Part shown: one piece after another, positions 60,903 to 64,000 of the stretch
Position numbering within the stretch: the stretch's first letter is position 1
Layout: every line of letters begins with the position of its first letter
The notes under the pieces: generated by a model
The model's database searches: none
What the model was told of the DNA's origin: nothing
The model's input: only the letters and a program-made list of their open reading frames with translations
DNA from: Lama guanicoe
Lineage: Eukaryota
Assembly (NCBI GenBank): GCA_013239625.1
Contig: MU053934.1
Coordinates: 8,267,352-8,331,351 of the forward strand
DNA length: 64,000 bases
Direction of reading: 5' to 3'
Made by a program: the position numbers and the translations under genes

Positions 60903-62639
60903 CACAGCACTCCTGCACGCCTGCTGTGTGCCAGGCTGTGCTGGCAAGTCCTGGGCCTCAGGGCACGTGGGAAAATGCAAGAGAAATGACGCGCCCTCCC
61001 CCGCAAGCTGCCCCGGGTCTGGGTCATGCCTCTGGCCCGAAATCTCTGCTAGTCGGCCAGCAGCCCCGTAGCCAAGGCAGCATCACCCCTACCTGGCTGG
61101 CGGCGAGAAGAATGAGGCTTAGGGGGCCGAGTGTTTTCCTGAGATTCAGGCATCTGGGGAGCAGCAGTACCAAGAGAAGCCCAAGTCAGGGTTTCAGCCC
61201 GGAGGTGACGAGACCCAGTGGCTGGTCCCGGTGACACAGGCCATGCGGGAGGACTGAAGTTCGGAAGCTGGGGGCGGTCGGGTGGGTTTACTGGGCAAGT
61301 GAGAAGGCAGCGACCCCTGAGCAAGGTTCTGGGGGACCGTGGGAGAAGGCTGAGCAGCATCAGCTCCCTCCTGACTCCGAGGGACGGTGCCGGCAGAGAG
61401 GACGGCGGGTAGGTGGGCATGGACGTCCGGCCTGGAGGGCCCTTGGGTGTTTGCAGGGAGGACGTGCTCAGTCTGAGACCCAGCGACCACCCAGCATTCC
61501 TCCACTGACCACCACAGAGAGCCTTCCTCCGTAGGCCGGCCTTCCTTCCTGCAACCACGCACCTGGACCACTCCGCCCACAGCCCCTGCGCTCCAGCCGA
61601 GCCAGTACGGCTGCAGGAGTCAGACGTGTCCGAGGCCAACTCACTCTCAGACCGCAAAAACTCATTCCGATCAATCCCACTCCCCAAGTGACTCCCTGCC
61701 GTGTGCCCAGGAAAGGCCCCGCAGCCCTCACAAGGGTCTGATGAACGGAGTGGGAAGGCAGCTAGCAGCCCCAACCCCCAGCCCATCTACCGCCTTCCCC
61801 ATCCTGGCGGGGAGGGAACCACGTTAGCGCTAATTGCCTCGCCTGTAGGTGAATATCCTGCCCAGGGATTAGGCACAGAAATCCGTTTAAGCAGAAAATC
61901 AGATTTGACAGCACCTCGGAGCACGGGAGACAGAGGAGAAGAGCTTGGGGACTGGTCCCCACGCTTCACCTCCGGGCCCGCAGGCCCAGCTCAGTGCCCA
62001 AAGCAGCCCCCACCTTTTACTAAAACCTTTTACTGAAAGGTTTCTTTCTGCAAACCTTGTAGTATGATACAGAGTCAAGGATCTCAAGACCTGCCCGGAC
62101 AAACCTGCGCCCCTGGAATTTCTCCCCATTGTCCTGGACAGTCTTCCCCAGACAGTGCTTCTGAGAAGGCAGGCTGCCCGCCTCCCTCTGGGGGCAGGAT
62201 CGGGGTCCTCTGTCTTCGTCCACCCACCCCGGAGCCAGAAAGGGAGCCATTTCTCCTCGGAAGGCTCCAGGCTCCTTGCAACCCTGCAGGACGCCTGCCT
62301 CGAAACTTTTCAACCTGGTTTCTGCAAACCCATTAACCTGCAGTCGGCTTCTAATTAAGCCCCCAGGAGTCTGACATTTCCAGGTTGGCTGAGAGTATTC
62401 AGAGCGGAAAAGGGCCGGCTGTTTCCCACCAGGCTGGGGGCATGGACGGGGGGGGAGGGAAGCAGCGTCCTGGCTCCTCCCAGGGACAGCCAATGCCCCG
62501 CCAGTTCTCCCAGGAGTTGAGGACGGACAGAGAGCCCCCCAGGGCCCCCTCCCCCCGAGGCCCACAGCACCCCCTCCCCCCAAGGCCCACAGCTCACCTC
62601 CCCCGGGGCCTGAGGAGACGCCCCCCTACCTGCACTGAG

Positions 62640-63010
62640 GCTTGCCACTCTCCAGCACGTGGACGGTACCTGCAGCCGTCCCAGGCGCCCGCCGCCGGCC
62701 CCTTCCTGGGGAGCAGCCCGGGCTCCGCTTCGTGGGAGGCACACGTCCCAGGATGGGGAATGTGAGTCGTGTGCGTGGGGGTGGGGGGGCCTCCAGGAGC
62801 CGGGGTCGAATATTCCTGGCTGCCACCTGCCACGAGCCTGTCCCGGGGACCAGCTGCCAGAGCGGGGCCGCTCCGGCCGGGCCAGGCCCGCCGTCCTCTG
62901 CCGGGAGCGCCAGGCGTCTGCTTTCGCTCACCAGGCGCCCGCCGGCTGCTCCCAGGCTGAGGCTGAGGCGAGTGGTTTATTTTTAGAGCCCGGCCCTTCC
63001 CCAGACGCCA
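62640..63010. promoter_or_regulatory. CpG-rich cluster with a MEF2-type site
   Basis: Dense CpG (gcgcccgccgccggcc, ccgctccggccggg); TTATTTTTAG at 62977-62986. Confidence 0.4.
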
Positions 63011-63339
63011 GGATCCCAGCTGAGATTTCCAGCGGCTCAAACTAGCCCATTCTGGGCTGAGTTGTCGCCTACTGGGAATGTTCTGGAAGAGAGAGATGGA
63101 GGCACTTAGAGAATGTGGTCCTCTGTTCTCATCCGAGAAAATGTGGGGCTGGACTGGGGGTCACCAAGACCCTCTGGCGAGGATGGCCCCCGACTCAGGG
63201 GCCAGGCTGGGATTCAGCTTGGGCGAGGCGCTCCCCTCCTGAGGCTGCCTCTGTTTCTCCATCTGGAAGGGGAGGGCAGCAGGCACCCCTGTCCAGAGCT
63301 GAGATCAGAGGATGGGCTAGAACAAGGGACAGCCATAAC

Positions 63340-63475
63340 CGTCCACTCTGAGCTTCTCCCCACTGGGCTGAGGACACAGGAGGGCGGGGACCTTGTCTTT
63401 CTGTTCACCATCATAACCCCGGTGTGCCTGTTCCGTAGCAGGTGCACATAGTAGGTGCTCAGAAAATATTTCGTA
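63340..63475 (+). mobile_element. L2 3' end
   Basis: gagggcggggaccttgtctttctgttcacc ... gcacatagtaggtgctcagaaaatattt. Confidence 0.75.
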
Positions 63476-64000
63476 AGGAAGGGAACCCCTGATAGCCGCT
63501 GTTGGTCCCGTAATGACCCGCAAGTTCCCAGGAGTAAGCACACCTGACAGATGTGAAGTCCAAGGTCTAGACAGGAGAGGAGCCTGCCCAGCTGCCTGCC
63601 CGAAGGTGGCCATGCCGGGGCTGCCCTGGTGGGGGGTGGGGGTCCTCAAGCCCGGCTTACTCCCCAGCCTACGTCTGGTCCCTCAGCCAACCCCGGAACA
63701 TTCCCCTCTGCCATTCCAGCGCTGGCCCTGCGCACTGCCCTCACCCAGCGCCGTAAACGTCATCTTCTCAGACCCAAAACCACCGATGAGCAGCCAGGAC
63801 GCACCATGGGACCACCCCCCGCCCCCGCCTTCTGAATCTGTCTGGTGCCCCGAGGGAGAACGCAAGCCGGTTCTGGCCGTTTCTACGTGGGAGGCCCCAG
63901 CACGTCTCTTAACCCATCAGGGCCTTGCTCTCCCCTCCAGCAAGCCAGGCTGGAGCTGGCAGGGCTGCAGTGACGAAGGGGAAGATGCTGGGTGCACGGA

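Noticed and set aside
60350..61786. Overlapping 294-aa (+) and 245-aa (-) ORFs
   Set aside because: No recognisable protein family, the plus-strand ORF includes a (GT)n repeat, and the composition is typical of random GC-rich frames.
1..64000. CRISPR array, operon, defence system or other novel multi-gene system
   Set aside because: The sequence is mammalian intronic and intergenic DNA. There are no regularly spaced repeats and no credible coding genes; recurring motifs are dispersed MIR/L2 cores.

Overview
GC-rich mammalian genomic DNA, not prokaryotic. A tRNA-Ala-derived vic-1-type SINE and young LINE-1 3' ends point to a camelid (camel, alpaca or llama). I find no supportable protein-coding exon: the listed ORFs are explained by GC richness, simple repeats and decayed transposons. 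The main gene feature is a CpG-island promoter with a non-coding first exon on the minus strand (about 7450 to 6961, donor GAG|GTGAGC), interrupted by a 131-N assembly gap. From memory its 3' end resembles the 5'UTR of SHISAL1 (KIAA1644), moderate confidence only. On that reading, 1-6960 is intron 1 and about 7450-64000 is upstream intergenic DNA. That DNA holds many MIR and L2 relics, MaLR (MLT1) and ERV1 (MER31/67-like, MER34-like) solo LTRs, a roughly 5 kb old L1 with nested insertions, and several AT-rich repeat-free islands that look like conserved enhancers. I did not find a convincing novel biological system. The best leads are regulatory motifs (a perfect ChoRE inside a MIR, two near-perfect RFX X-boxes, a PBX-MEIS decamer next to a homeobox site, two orphan CpG-rich clusters) and small L1 insertions with intact target-site duplications. 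Repeat boundaries and subfamily names were assigned by eye and are approximate.
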